64,000 nucleotides of DNA. Origin: Lama glama. Taxonomy: Eukaryota. Of the stretch, positions 23,859-38,200 are shown in pieces. The notes below the pieces were generated by a model. That model was not told where the DNA came from and did no database searches. It saw only the letters and a program-made list of their open reading frames with translations. The position numbers were made by a program, and so were the translations under genes. How positions within the stretch are numbered: the stretch's first letter is position 1; each line of letters starts with the position of its first letter. The DNA lies in assembly GCA_028534125.1 (NCBI GenBank), contig CM052816.1:21826001-21890000 (forward strand), written 5' to 3'.

Positions 23859-26559
23859 GTAAGATTGTCAGATATGAACATACACAGCTTGTTTTCTTAC
23901 GCATGTAAGTAACCATTTGTATCTCTACCCCACCTTGTCATCTCAGTGGAAGAGGTGTCTTTCTCCTGGTGCAAGCTGAACCCTTCTGCTTGTGCTCTGG
24001 ACTTCATTCCTAAAGCTTTCAGGCACACACCAGTAAATTATAATTGTGATAAGTGCTCTGAAAGAGAGGTTGACTTGGGTGTAACTGAATTTAGTTGGAG
24101 AGATTTGGGAAGGCTTCCATGGAGGAATGCCAATTTCTTTGAGATCTGAAAAAAAGTAGAAATTAACTGTGCATATGCAAAGAGATGAATAAAGAGCAAT
24201 CCAGGCAGAGGGAACAGAATGTGCAAAGACCCCAACATGGGACTGAGCATTGTGCATTCAGTGAACTGAAAGAAGGCCAGCATGGCTGAAGTAGAGCGAG
24301 AAGGAGGAGATGTGATAATAAGACAAGGTTGGACAGACACAGGCCTTGCAAAGCCTTGTAGGCTAGGTCAGAGATACTGGTGTTTATCTCTGGAGCAGCA
24401 GAAAGCCTCTGAAGTCATTCAAATAGGGAATGATATGATCACGTTAGCTATAGTACGGATAGAAGGAGGAGTGGAAGCAATTAGAGTTAAGAGGCTACTG
24501 CAGTAGTTTAAGGGAAGAATGATGGCACTTTGTACTAAGGGATGATATTGGAAATGGAAAGAAGTGGGCATATCTTATGGCTGTTGTAGGAAGTGAAATA
24601 GACAGAATTTGGCAAATGAGGGGTGAAGAAGATAGAGGTATCAAAGATGACCCCTGTTTCTGGCTTGCATAACTGGGTATAAGGTGATGCCATTCACTGA
24701 AAAAAATCTTGTTTGAGGGAGAGATCATAAATTATCTTTTTAATAAATTATGAATGCCTTTAAGATGACTAAGTAGCAGTGTCAAATAGGCAGTTGGATA
24801 TGGGGGGCTGCTGATAGAAATTTGTGAGCCATCTACATATTGGTGTAATTGAATTTACTTTAAAAAACAAGAAAGGATACCATCAACACACCAGAAATAC
24901 TGAGGAATTCTTAAAAGCAAATGAGATCAGAATAATGAATATATGAAGAGCAGAGAAAAAGCACTGCAGAGATAAGAATAGCTCTGGAGATAATACTTAA
25001 CTCAAAATGCTTGATCAATAAATGCAAAACACTATAATAGAGGGGACCCTGAAGGAATTGTCAAGGTGATGGATTAAGCACTGTATTCTGGCACTACATG
25101 ACTTGGCCCCCTTCTTTCCCTTTCTTATATTGCAAACACTGGCAGCGACCAGTGCCTATTGCCAAGATAAAACCATGGGAATTGCTCCCAAGCAAAGTGA
25201 ACTAAAGGGCTTGTTCCTAAGGGTCAGTGCTGGAGCTGGAATGAGAGGCAGAGGAGAGTCTGAAGTAACTCCACATTGCCACAAGGATGGCACAGGGGTG
25301 AAAAAGTAAAAGATGTACATTATGCTTATGCTTCTAAGCCCCAGAAAAAAAGATAAAGTATGGCTCTCTGAAGTAAGAATTCTGATACAGGAAACTTCCA
25401 ATGTGGATACTTGCTAAACAATTAGGGCAGTGCTCCCATGTAACCTGAAATACCCAGAAAATACAGGAGGGCATCCCCACCCAAAGCATAAGTTCTCAGA
25501 ATGTCTCATCACTATTCTAAAATCTCCAGAGGCAGGCTGTTGTTTCAGAATTTATACTCACTGCCATACAAACAGATTATCAAATGGAGATACGAACAGA
25601 TATTCAGGAACAGCAAACATTTGAAGAAATTTAGTGCTATGGAAGAGAGACCACAAATGTGACAGACAGAGAAATTAGCACCCGAGGTAATGGTAGAAAA
25701 CTTTAAAAATCCCTGTAGAGACAAGTAAATATCTCTCTAGAGATAAAAGTCCATTGAATCCATAATATAATGGGCTTCTAGAAAAAAAATTATAGTCCCT
25801 GGAAGCTTAAAATATCGCCAAATTTAAAAACTCAGGAAATGAGCCTAATATTGGGATGTATTCAGCTGAAAATCAAATTAATTAGCTAGAGAATAGAATA
25901 GAGGAATTTTCTTAAAATACAGAGCAGAGGAACATAGGAGGTGCTCAACAGAGGTTTTTTCTTTCCTTCTTCTCCCTTCTTTATCTATTAACTTCTACTT
26001 GTTCTTCAAAAATAGATTCAGGTGTCATCTCTACTGGGAAGCCTTTCCTGATCGCACTTCTCCCTTTCTAGATGAGTTGTTCTATCCTGGTAATTTTCTG
26101 GCACTCTTTGTATACTTCCATTATAGGAGTCAAAACAACAGTATAACCATTTTTGTTCTTCTAGGCTTTAAAGCCATTGAAAATAAGCAGTAACTTTTAT
26201 CTTCCTATCCCATGCTTGGGACATAATATAGTTTGAAATGCTTGTTGAATGAGTTTTCTACTCTATTTAGAGGAAGTAGATAATTTAACCATCATCAGTA
26301 TTTTCTAAAATTATAGTTTAAACATATGATAAATGTCCTTGGTTACTACCTTTATCAAGTTTATGTGCAAAAAGAATGAGGAAATAGAAAATAGACTGTC
26401 TCTAATTTACAAACTGGTTGTGTTCTAAGTTCATTTGTCAATTGATATTTGAGACCTAGAATACTTTTTCCCATAATAAAATGTAAGTGGTTAGATTTTG
26501 AGTAGCCTATAGAATTCTATTTAACATGTAATTAATTGTTTTAATTTTATCTTAGAATC

Positions 26560-29330
26560 TAGTGATTTTGCAGCATGATGAAAATTAACTCAGGATTTCC
26601 TGTTTAATGTTGAGGATTAAACATATACATTTACTTCTCTGTTCTGAAATCTCACTAAAATACCATTAAAGGCATAAAAAAGGCATGAAACCAAAAGGTG
26701 GAGGAAAGGGGAGAGAAGAGATTTTAGCTGGCAAGAGATAATCAACAAGAGTTTGGAATCTGGAAGGTAGATGAATAAATTATAATAGGCCTAACATGTC
26801 AAACAGACCAAAAAAAGTGGGGGGGACACTGAAATCTAGGTACCTAAGAATGATGTCAAACCATGAAGCAAACTGACAAAGGCTGTAGGTTCAGGAATTA
26901 GAGGCATTGTGTATTCCTGAAAAAAAGATATAGATAATGTTGAAAATAGGATTTTTGGAAATCTGTAAAAGTAGCAGTTAAAGACACTTTGATTTCTTCC
27001 CCGACACTGTGACCAGATGGCTACTCTTTTTCCCACCACGGCAGTCCAGAGATGTTGAAGAAGAGGGTCTGAACTCAGGGATGCTAGCTACTGCTAAGGA
27101 TGCTATATTGAAATCTAGCCGTGAGGTGTGGAAGGAGGAAGGAAGGGAATTAAGTAAAGTCTGTATACTTTGTGGTGAAACCCAGACTCCTTACCACAAC
27201 TTGGGAAAATACACCTCAACTAAGAGACTGTAAGATTCCTCTTTTGGAAACTTCTTTGCCCAGGAGAAGACCTGTATTCTGGCAGTCATGATCTGGTCCC
27301 TGTCCAAATACCCTTCAGTAAAGCCCATTACTTCCTAGATCCCACTCATGAATCCTGAGTTTCCAATTGCTGTTTTAGTGCCTCATTCTTGAGCATTCAA
27401 GAATTACTAGTCATTTTTAAAAAACATTTTAAAAAAAGATAGATACCAAATAAAAAGAAACTTGAAGGACACAGACAATGCATAGAAAAGAAACATTTAA
27501 AGGTCGTATTTTCATTATCATCTTCAGGATATTGAAAAAAAAAGTCCACGAAACAAGTGCAGGCAGCTCTAAAAAGGAACACTCATAGAACAAAAAGGAT
27601 TCTTAAAAAATAAAAATATGAAATCAGAAATAAAAATTCTACGAGGGGTTGGGTGATGATTTTAAGGAAATACTCCAAAAGTTGAACAGATATCAAAGAG
27701 AAGATAAATGGTAGAAATTGTGGTGACACAACTCTGTGAGTATACCAAAAACCACCGAATTGTGTACTTTAAAAGGCTGTGTTTTATGTAATATGAATTT
27801 TATTTCAATAAAGCTGCTATTTCAAAAAGAAAAATAATTAGAAGATGAGTCCAGGCATTCTAACATCTGAAAAATAGTAGTTCCAGACATTACAAGGTAG
27901 ATAGAAAGGAAATTATTAAACCACCAGCTGCCCATCACAGTGAATGAAAAAGATCCACACCAAGGCACAACATTATGTAATTTAAAAATCCTCGGGATAG
28001 AGAAATCCTTGAGTCTTCCAGAGAAAACAAAATACTGATTGCAAATAAGCAAGCAAGAATATGAATAGCATTGAACTTCTCAAGAGCAATTCCAGAAGCT
28101 AAAACATGGTGGGAAAATGCATTTCTTTTTCTGAAGGGAATTGATTTTGCAGACATAGGGTAGAGCTTCACCCAAAATTTGCCTCAAATTTCAAGATTAA
28201 TGATGCCACCAACATACCAAGAGTCTATTGAAAGGTTTACTACTGATAGAATGAGGCCTTCTGGAGAGGAGGGTGTCTCCTGAGAAGGACTGAGAATGGC
28301 TTCAGAGAGTACGGAAAGGAGACTGGTTTGGGGTTTTTAGGTGGTTAGAGGGTAGGGCTGGGATGAGGCTTTCCATGCATGGTTTTAACTTGCCTGCCGG
28401 CATTGCCAAAAGATGGGGCACCAGGGCTTATCAGCTTGGCCAGATGTGGGGCAGAAGGGGAAGATGGAGCAGTGAGGTTTAAATCTGTCAAGCACCAAAA
28501 AATATAGTCACTCTTTTTAATATTCTGGTCTAGAATTCTGTACCCAGCTACACAATCACTCAAAAGTGAAGAAAGTATAAAGAAATTTTTAGACAGGTCT
28601 TCTGTGCATCTTTTCTCAGGAAATGAAGAAGATACTCCAACAAAACTAGAGAATAAATCAGTAAAGAAGAAATCATGGGATCCAGAAATCAAAGGTTCTA
28701 ATACAGGAAATATGTGAAAGAATTTCTTAAGATAATGGTAAAGAGAAATCCCAGAAATACATCTGTGCAGCAGTCTAGAGGACAACAACCAGTCCAAATT
28801 TGAGCAAGTGTATTGAGCTCTCCAACAGGAATACTTTAAAAAGGTGGGGGGCAGGGAGGGGAAGAAGGAGGAAAGAAAGAAGGAGAAAAAGATAGGAAGG
28901 CAGGGAGGAAGGAAAGAAAGAATAAGAAAGGAGCTGATAGATGCTCTGGCAATTTTTTTTTACGTATTGCTAGGAAATTTCTACTTCTGTAAGAAGTTGG
29001 GATGAAATGGATATTAGAAAACTAATTTTAAAATCAAATAATCAATAACTCAGGGGAAAAACAAAAACCTGTAGCAAAATGATGATATAGATAATATGGC
29101 TCCTAGTACATGGCTCAGCTGTAAAAATATTTGAGCAACCATAGTAATAAAATCATTGAATACAGTTAATTTATAAATATAAAGATAGACATTAAATTAA
29201 ACAGTAGAGTTAATAGAGTTGAAAATAGGTATCTCTAGAGAATAGGAAATTACAGTGGGGAGCTATGAGAGGTTGCAGTTTTTGATAAAAGCCTTGTAGA
29301 ACTGTTTGACTTTTTAAAATGTATGGTATA
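26560..29330 (+). mobile_element. Ancient, degraded L1 (5' UTR/ORF1 and 3' remnants), boundaries approximate
   Basis: A-rich strand bias with L1 ORF1-like segments (AGATCCACACCAAGGCACA, TAGAATTCTGTACCCAGCTA). Confidence 0.5.
28159..28523 (-). mobile_element. Solo LTR, MER93-like, inserted in the old L1
   Basis: Reverse strand begins TATTAAAAAGAGTGACT...TGACAGATTTAAACCTCAC...CTGCCCCACATCTGGCCAAGCTGATAAG, resembling recalled MER93; interrupts L1 ORF1-like sequence. Confidence 0.55.
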
Positions 29331-30189
29331 AATTGATGTAAATGTAATTTAAATTCATTTTTATTTCTAACTTGTGACACGAGGAACAACCTTTTACTGA
29401 TACAGTCATGAACATTTGTTTATTCTTTTCTCTACCCAGCTACTCAGATTGTGAGCACAGGGCTTTCCTAATTACTGAGCCTGGCTTGAGTTCTGGGTTT
29501 TTGTGGAAGAGATAGCTCTCTTGAGCATGATATTCATGGAATTTTGAGAGATGGAACACAAGAGAGGTGTAACAACATCTGGGTGAGAAGGTTGAAGATA
29601 GAATGAGAAAGTAAAAGTAGCAAGGATAGGGAAGGGCAATCTAGGGCAGTTAAAATAGGGGAAGTAAAAGATACTCGGAGGGAATAACCTACCTGTGATG
29701 TCTGAGGACGTGAAGGATGAAGGAAGGATTGGGCCAGTCAACTTAAGTGTTGCAGTGGTGGCTGGAGGAGGTGGCCAGGTAGAAAACAACTGTCAACTTT
29801 AAGGAGGGGCTTGGAGTGGAAGAGAATGGTGTAACGAGGTCAAAACAGGAAGGACGAAGAGTTAGTTGTCTCCGGTGGGTAATGAGTGAGCAGAGACAGG
29901 TATAAGTCAGCTAACTCCAGGCTGGGAGATAACGGGTTTTCAGAGCAATGCTCTCTTTCATCCTTTATACCCCACCCCACCAGTTTCTATTAGTGTTGAT
30001 CTCTATTTTGCCCTGTTGAAAATACTTGATGAATGTTGACTGATTATAGCAGAGTATGTCTTCCCTTTTCTTACTAAACTTTCTGGTTCTTAACTTTAAG
30101 TACTAAGTTCTATCCCTGTCGTTTATTAGGAAGTTTTTCATCTAGTTTACTCTCACAGGGATGACTTTAAAAACCTCTAAGTCTGGGAG

Positions 30190-30720
30190 ATTTTCTGTCC
30201 AGATATTTTCCCCAATTTCCGATTGAGATATTTGTTTTCTTATTACTGAGTTTTAAGAGTTCTTTATATTTTGAATTCCAGTCCATTTACAAATGTTTTC
30301 TCCTAATCTATGGCTTGTCTTCTCACCTTAACTGTCTCTGTTGAATAGAAGTTTTAAAATTTGATGAAGTCTAATTTATCATTGTTACTGTTTTATGAAT
30401 CATCCCTTTACTGTTATATCAAAGAAATCTTTGCCTAACTCAGTGTCATGAAGATTTTCTCCTCTGTTTTTTCCTAGAAGTTGTTTTAGGATTTACGCTA
30501 AGAATTATGAGGCATTTAGAGTTAACTTTTTTATATGATGGAAGGTATGAGTAAGTTTTTGGTTTTGTTTTGCTTTTGCATGTGGATATCCAGTTTTTCA
30601 AGCATAATTTGTTTAAAAGAGTGTCCTCTCTCCACTGAATTGCCTTTGCTTCTTGGTCAGAAATCAGTTGCACATGTATGTGAGTCTATTCCTGAGCTCT
30701 ATGTTCAGTTCCCCTGATGT
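30190..30720 (-). mobile_element. L1 ORF2 fragment
   Basis: ORF 30446-30673 QLISDQEAKAIQWREDTLLNKLCLKNWISTCK is L1 ORF2-like. Confidence 0.75.
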
Positions 30721-31122
30721 GTGTTCCTTTGAGTTTATGTTTAGGCTCATAGTTTTTAAATGGAGTAACTGGAATCACTTTCTTCTCCTCAGCTAGTTAG
30801 CTTACAACCAATGGGTTACTTTTATATAAAACTTGAATTTTTGAGTGAAGAATTACAACTGAACCAAAGTAGGAAAGGAATAAATTACAAAACTTTGAAA
30901 ATAGAAATGGTTTATAATGTATTTTTCCACATCAAAAACATAATTATTTTCTAAAATTGGAATTAAAGTTGTGTACCATAGTATGCTTTTTTAGTTGTAT
31001 GTTTAATTTTACATTCTTAGTATACAACTGCATATACATTTCTACAAATTTGAATTCTTAGGATTTTGAATCGTTTACTATTAAAACATTTTACCCTTTT
31101 TATGTGTTTGCTTATTCTACAG

Positions 31123-31263
31123 GACTAAGTTTGCAGCATGATATTTCTAGCTCTCTTCTAAGTTATTCAATCACAGACTCTTATACAGAAAACAAGAGTT
31201 TTGAAGAGAGTTTAAGTAGCCTCCCATCACCTGAAATCTTCAGAGGATCAGATTATTGTTTAG
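31123..31263 (+). CDS. MEIKIN: MEIKIN exon 5 (141 nt): GLSLQHDISSSLLSYSITDSYTENKSFEESLSSLPSPEIFRGSDYCL
   Basis: TTCTACAG acceptor, TAG|GTGAGA donor; phase 1-1; conserved SSLLSYS and PSPExFR blocks. Confidence 0.92.
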
Positions 31264-32153
31264 GTGAGAAAATAATTTCAGTCTTGAGTTGTTCAGTATA
31301 GAAGTTGTTCCTCGTCCACAAACACTGCAATGAATAATGTTCCTTTTGAGGAGGTGTACTTGTCTTCCTCGCCATACTTTCTTCTGCCCACTATCCATTG
31401 TGTTCCATAGTCAGCCACATAGGACTACAGATCACAAGCTCAGTTACACCTGTGTCCCATTAACTATCATGTCACTAAATAACAAACCGCTATTCCTTGA
31501 TGTCAGTTTTAAAGCTTATACATAAAGCTTATACATAAAATATGAGAGGCAGCTCCCATGTATGCTGTCTTAGCCACTCTGTGTCATTTGATCTGGTTTA
31601 CGCCATTTATATTTACAGTAATTAATAGTAGAGAAGGACTTACCATTTTGTTCATTGTTTTCTGTTTTTGTAGTTCTTTTTGCCCCTCTTTCCTCTCTTG
31701 CTATGTTCCTTTGTCTTTCATTGACTTTTTTATGCTGATATGCTTTGATTCCTTTCTATTCTTTTGTGTATTTTCTATGGGTACTTTTGTGTGTGTGGTT
31801 ACCATGGACTTAAATCAAACATAGTTTTAACAATCTGTTTTAAGCTGATAACAAATTAACAAAAACTCTACACTTTTTCTTCATCCCTCACACACACTTT
31901 GCATCACTGTCTTAGATCAATAATCTTTATAAGGCAAAACTATGTGAAAGAAAGCAGGTGGAGCACTGCAATAGCCCAAAGATTGTTTACTACCTTGACG
32001 CCATCAAGGCTTGTCTTTTTCCTCTGTCGCATCCAAAACTTTCAATTACCGTAGCATGGTATGGGCTGGGGACCTAAGTTAGGGAGAAAAAGGTAACCTG
32101 CCACTTGTGTGCTCTTACTCAAAGTTTTGTGCCACTTCTTACTGTTTCTTTAG

Positions 32154-32273
32154 ATAGGGAGTATCCCAAGTTGGAAGAAAACCTGCTATGTAAGAATTCC
32201 ACTCTTTTGGATACCAGTAAAGCAGTAGCAATAGAGAAGGCACCACAGTTTCCTGACCTCTCTGCAATTTTAG
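32154..32273 (+). CDS. MEIKIN: MEIKIN exon 6 (120 nt): DREYPKLEENLLCKNSTLLDTSKAVAIEKAPQFPDLSAIL
   Basis: TTTCTTTAG acceptor, TAG|GTAAGT donor; phase 1-1; conserved KNSTLLDTSKAVAIEK motif. Confidence 0.94.
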
Positions 32274-32299
32274 GTAAGTTTCACATTCTTTTCTTTTTA

Positions 32300-35200
32300 A
32301 TGTTTTTTTTAAAACATTTTTTACTGATTTATAATCATTTTACAATCTTGTGTCAGATTCTAGTGTTCAGCACAATTTTTCAGTCATACATGGACATGTA
32401 CACATTCATTATCACATTTTTTCCTCTGTGATTCCCTGTGCTATACAGTATAGTCTTGTTTATCTATTCTACAATTTTGAAATCCCAGTCTATCCCTTCC
32501 CACCCTCCGCCCCTCTGGCAACCACAAGTCTGTATTCTATGTCTATGAGTCTATTTCTGTCCTGTATTTACGCTTTGTTTTTTGTTTGTTTGTTTTTGTT
32601 TTTGTTTTTTGAATTCCACATATGAGCGATCTCATATGGTATTTTTCCTTCTTCTTCTGGCTTGCTTCTCTTAGGATGACATTCTCCAGGAGCATGCATG
32701 TTGCTGCAAATGGTGTTATGTTATCAGTTTTTATGGCTGAGTAGTATTCCATTGTATAAATATACCACCTCTTCTTTATCCAGTCATCTGTCAATGGACA
32801 TTTAGGCTGTTTCCATGTCTTGGCTATTGTAAATAGTGCTGCTGTGAACACTGGGGTGCAGGTGTCATCCTGAAGTAGGGTTCCTTCTGGATATAAGCCC
32901 AGGAGTGGGATTCCTGGGTCATACGGTAAGTCTATTACTAGTCTTTTGAGGAATCGCCACACTGTTTTCCATAGTGGCTGCACCAAACTGCATTCCCACC
33001 AGCAGTGTAGGAGGGTTCCCCTTTCTCCACAGCCTCTCCAGCATTTGNNNNNNNNNNNNNNNNNNNNNNNNNNNNNNNNNNNNNNNNNNNNNNNNNNNNN
33101 NNNNNNNNNNNNNNNNNNNNNNNNNNNNNNNNNNNNNNNNNNNNNNNNNNNNNNNNNNNNNNNNNNNNNNNNNNNNNNNNNNNNNNNNNNNNNNNNNNNN
33201 NNNNNNNNNNNNNNNNNNNNNNNNNNNNNNNNNNNNNNNNNNNNNNNNNNNNNNNNNNNNNNNNNNNNNNNNNNNNNNNNNNNNNNNNNNNNNNNNNNNN
33301 NNNNNNNNNNNNNNNNNNNNNNNNNNNNNNNNNNNNNNNNNNNNNNNNNNNNNNNNNNNNNNNNNNNNNNNNNNNNNNNNNNNNNNNNNNNNNNNNNNNN
33401 NNNNNNNNNNNNNNNNNNNNNNNNNNNNNNNNNNNNNNNNNNNNNNNNNNNNNNNNNNNNNNNNNNNNNNNNNNNNNNNNNNNNNNNNNNNNNNNNNNNN
33501 NNNNNNNNNNNNNNNNNNNNNNNNNNNNNNNNNNNNNNNNNNNNNNNTCTTCTTTATCCAGTCATCTGTTGATGGACATTTAGGCTGTTTCCATGTCTTG
33601 GCTATTGTAAATAGTGCTGCTGTGAACATTGGGGTGCAGGTGTCTTTTTGAAGTAGGGTTCCTTCTGGATATATGCCCAGGAGTGGGATTACTGGGTCAT
33701 ATGGTAAGTCTGTTCCTAGTCTTTTGAGGAATCTCCATACTGTTTTCCACGGTGGCTGCACCAAACTGCATTCCCACCAGCAGTGTAGGAGGATTCCCTT
33801 TTCTCTACACCCTCTCCATTATTTATTGTTTGCGGACTTTTAAATGATGGCCATTCTGACTGGTGTGAGGTAATGCCTCTTTGTAGTTTTGATTTGTATT
33901 TCTCTGATAATTAGCAATATTGAACATTTTTTCATGTGCCTATTGGCCATTTGTATGTCTTCCTTGGAGAATTGCTTGTTTAGGTCTTCTGCCCATTTTT
34001 GGATTGGGTTGTTTGAATTTTTTAAATTAAGTTGTATGAGCTGTTTATATATTCTAGAAATTAAGCCCTTATCAGTCTCTTCTTTTGCAAATAGTTTCTC
34101 CCATTCTGTAGGTGGTCTTTTTGTTTTGCTTATGCTTTCTGTTGCTGGGCAAAAGCTTAGAAGTTTAATTAGGTCCCATTTGTTTATTTTTGCTTTTATC
34201 TCTTGGCCTGGGTAGACTGCCCTAGTATTCCTAGGAATCTTTTGACATGATTTTTAAACAGGGTTGTATTTTTACTTTCTCTTTCTGATATATCATTGTT
34301 AGTGTATCGAAATACAGTAATATTTTCTGTATATTAATCTTGAATCCTGGTACTTTGCTGAATTCATTTATTAGTTCTCGTAGTTATTGTGTGGAGACTT
34401 CAGGGTTCTCTATGTAGAGTATCATGTCATCTGCAAATAGTGACAGTTTACTTTTTCCCTTCCAATTTGAGTATCTTTCATTTCTTGTCTGGTTTTCTTG
34501 CTGTGGCTAGGACTTCCAATACTATGTTAAGTGGAACTGGAGTGAGTATCCTTGTCTTGTTCCTGAATTTAGTGGGAAAGATTTCAGCTTTCCACTGTTG
34601 AGTATTATGTTGGCTGTGGGCTTGCTATAAATGGCTTTAGTATGTTGAAATACGTTCACTCTATACCTACCATGGTGAGAGTTTTTATCATGAATGGATG
34701 TTGAATTTTGTCAAGTGCTTTTTCTGAGTTCCTTGAGATGAGTATGAGGTTTTTGTCTTCCCTTTTGTTAATGTTGGACCATACTTGGGATACTAGCATG
34801 AATCCAACTTCATCATGCTGTATGATCCTTCTTTTGTATTGTTGGATTTGGTCTGCTAATGTTTTGTTTAGGATTTTTTCACCTGTATTCATCAAACATA
34901 TTGGCCTGTAATTTTCTTTTTTGTAGTATCTTTTTCTGGTTTTGTTGTCAGGGTGTTGGTGGCTTCATAGAATGACTTTGGGAGTGTTTCCTCCTCTTTG
35001 GTTTTTCTGAATAGCTTAAGAAGGTTAGGTTTAAGTTCTTCTTTGTGTGTTTGGTAGAATTCCCAGTGAAGCTATCTGGTTCTGGAATTTTGTTTGCAAG
35101 GATTTTTTTAAATTACAGGTTCTATTTCATTTCTAGTGATCATTCTGTTCAAATTATCTGTTTCTTCTTGATACAGTTTTAGCAGGCTGTATGTTTCTAG

Positions 35201-38200
35201 AAACTTGTTCATTTCTTCTGCATTGTCCAATTTGTTGGCTTATAAAGGTTTATAATATCCTTTCTTTGTGTTTCTGTGATATCAGTTGTCATTTCTTCTC
35301 TTTCATTTCTTGTGTTTGTTTATTTGGGTTCTCTCTCTTTTCTTCTTGGTGAACCTGGCTAGAGGCTTGTTGATTTTGTTTATGTTTTTTAAAAAATAGC
35401 TCTTAGTTTTATTGATCTTTTCTGTTGTTTTTACTTTTATCTTATTTATTTCCTCTTTGATCTTTATTCTTTCCTTCCTTCTGCTGACTATGAGTTTTGG
35501 TTGTTCTTCTTTTTCTAGTTCTTTAAAGTGGTAGGTTAGGTTGTTTATTTGAGATTTTTCTTGTTTCTTGAGGAAGTCTTGTATCACTATGAACTACTCT
35601 CTTAGAATTGCTTTTGCTGCATCCCATAGATTTTTGTATGGCTGTGTTTTCATTTTCCTTTGTCTTGAGGTATTTTCTGGTTTCTTCTTTGATTTCATTG
35701 TTGACCCATTGTTTTTTAGGAGCATTGCTTAGTTTCCATGTGTTTATTCTTTTCGCATTTTCCTCTGTGATTAATTTCTAGTTTCATACTATTGTGGTAA
35801 GTACAGATGCTTAGAATAATATCTATTCTCTTAAATTTGTTGAGGCACAGATTTAATTAGTCACAAAGTGACCTAGTATGTGATTTATTCCAGAGAATGT
35901 TCCATGCACACTTGAGAAGAATGTATATTTGGTTTTGGGGGATATAGTGTCCCATAGATATCAATTAAGTCCAGCTTGCCTCTTGTATCATCTAAGACCT
36001 CTGTTGCCTTATTGATTTTCTGTCTGGGTCTTTCCACTGATATTAATGGGGTGTTAAAGTCTCCTACTAATATTGTATTATTGTCCACTCCTCCCTTTAT
36101 GGCTGTTAGTATTTGTTATATATATATTTAGGTTCTCCTGTACTGGGTGTGTATGTTAACAAGTGTAATTTCTTCTTCTTGTACGAGTCCCTTTATCATT
36201 ATATAATACCCTTCTTTATGGCCTTTGTTTTAAAGTCTGTTTTGTCTGAAGTGGTTATTTCTATGCCTGCTTTCTTGTTGTTTCCATTTGCATGAAATAT
36301 CTTTTTCTGTCCTCTTACTTTCAGTCTGTATGTGTTTTTCCCAAAATGAGAATCTCGTGTAGGCAGCATATTGTAGGTTTGTGTTTTTTATCCAAACTAC
36401 CACTCTGTGTATTTTGATCTGAGCATTTAGTCTATTGACATATAAAGTAATTTTTGATAGGTAGGTACTTATTCTCATTTTAATCTTTGCTTTTCAGTTG
36501 CTTTTGTTGTTCTTGTTCATTTCTTCTTTTTGTTTTCCCTTTCGTGGTTTGATGCTTTTCTTTTGTAGTATGCTTGAGTTTCTTTCTTTTTGGTTTTGAT
36601 AAACCTATTGTATGTTTTTGATTTGTGGTTACCATGGAGTTGAAGTATGTTGTCCCATAACTATATCTACTTGCTTCAAGCTGATAGTCATTGAAGCTCA
36701 GACATACTCTGAAAGATCTAGATTTTTATAGCTCCTTCCTCCACATTTTCTGATTTTGATGTCCTATTTTACATCTTAATGCTTATCTTTTTACTGTTTA
36801 TTGTAGTTATAGTCACTTCTACATTTTTAAAATCTGCATATTGGCTTATATAAGTGATCTTCAGGCCTTTTAAATATTTGCCTTTCTTATTGTAGTTTTC
36901 CTTTTCCCATAGATTTTAGCTTCTTTTCTGTTTAGAGAAGACCCTTTAATAATTCTTTTAAGGTATGATTTAGTTTTGCTGAATTTTTTTAGTTTTGCTT
37001 GTCTGATAAATTCTTTATATTTCCTTCTGTTCTAAATGATAATCTTACTGGGTAGAGAAGCCTAGATGGCAAGTTTTCCCCTTTCAGGACTTTTAATGTA
37101 TCATGCTACTCCCTTTTGGCTTGTAGAGTTTCTGCAGAGAAATCAGCTGGTAGTCTTAAGAGTTTCCTTGTAACTGGCTGTTTGTTTTTCTCTTGCTGCC
37201 TTTAGAATCCTCTCTTTATTTTTAACTTTTGCCATTTTAATTATGATTTTTTCATGTGGATTTGTTTGGGTTCATCTTGTTTGGGACCCTCTGTGCTTCC
37301 TGTACCTGGATATCTGTTTCCTTCTTAAGGTTTAGGAAGTTCTCAGCAATAATTTCTTTGAATATATTTTAAATTCCCCATCCACTTCTCCTTCTGGAAT
37401 CCCAGTTATGCATAGGTTGGTGCATTTTATATTATCCCATAGAACTCATATTTTGCTTTCATTTTTCTTCATTTGTCTTTCTATCTGCTGTTCTGATTGG
37501 GTGATTTCCATTACTCTATCTTGTGGATCACTTATTTGTTCTTCTGTGTCATTTAGCTTGCTCTCCATTGTGTCTGTCTATGGTTTTTATCTCAGCAATT
37601 GAATTGTCTATTTTTGATTGGTTTACTTTTATAATTTCTAGTTCCTTGTTACAGTTATCTGCATTTCTATTGATAATCTTCCTTAATTCTGTTAACATTT
37701 TTATTAACTTTTTTTCTGAACTCAGAGTCTCATAGACTGGTTAGCTTTATTTCATTGTTTGTTCTGTCAGGTGATTTCGTTTGTTCTTTTAATTGGGAAT
37801 AGTTCTGCTTTTTCATTTTGCTTAACTTTCTCTGCCTCTATGAATTTGAGAGGAACAGTTATCTACTGTGTTCTTGAAGGGGTGTTTTTATGTGGGAGCA
37901 TCCCTATGTAGACTATGTGTGTCCATTGTTTTTGGTGTAAAGGTTGGTTTTGGTAGGAACACCAGCCACTTCTTTCCTCAGGTTGTGCTGGCCATTATCC
38001 CCTTGATAGGGGTATGGTTTGTTGTTGAAGTATCTAGAGCCTATGCAGAATGTGAGGCAGGGCTTCTTCTTTGATCCTTGGCTGTCACCACCCTGTCAGA
38101 GGCAGGGTCTCCTTCCCAGTATTGGCTTAAAAGTTCTGAGGGTAGGGTTCAGTCAGGCTGTGTTGCCCTTGAGTGCATGCCCTGCCCTAAAGGAATTGAT

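Noticed and set aside
28345..28797. 150-aa minus-strand ORF
   Set aside because: It crosses an old L1 and a solo-LTR boundary, so it is a chance open frame in repeat sequence.
31511..31539. 13-bp tandem duplication AAAGCTTATACAT
   Set aside because: A small slippage or repair duplication in an intron with no sign of function.
32919..33764. Long ORFs spanning N runs (also 51511-52224)
   Set aside because: Artefacts of translating through 500-N gaps; the flanks are L1-derived or non-coding.
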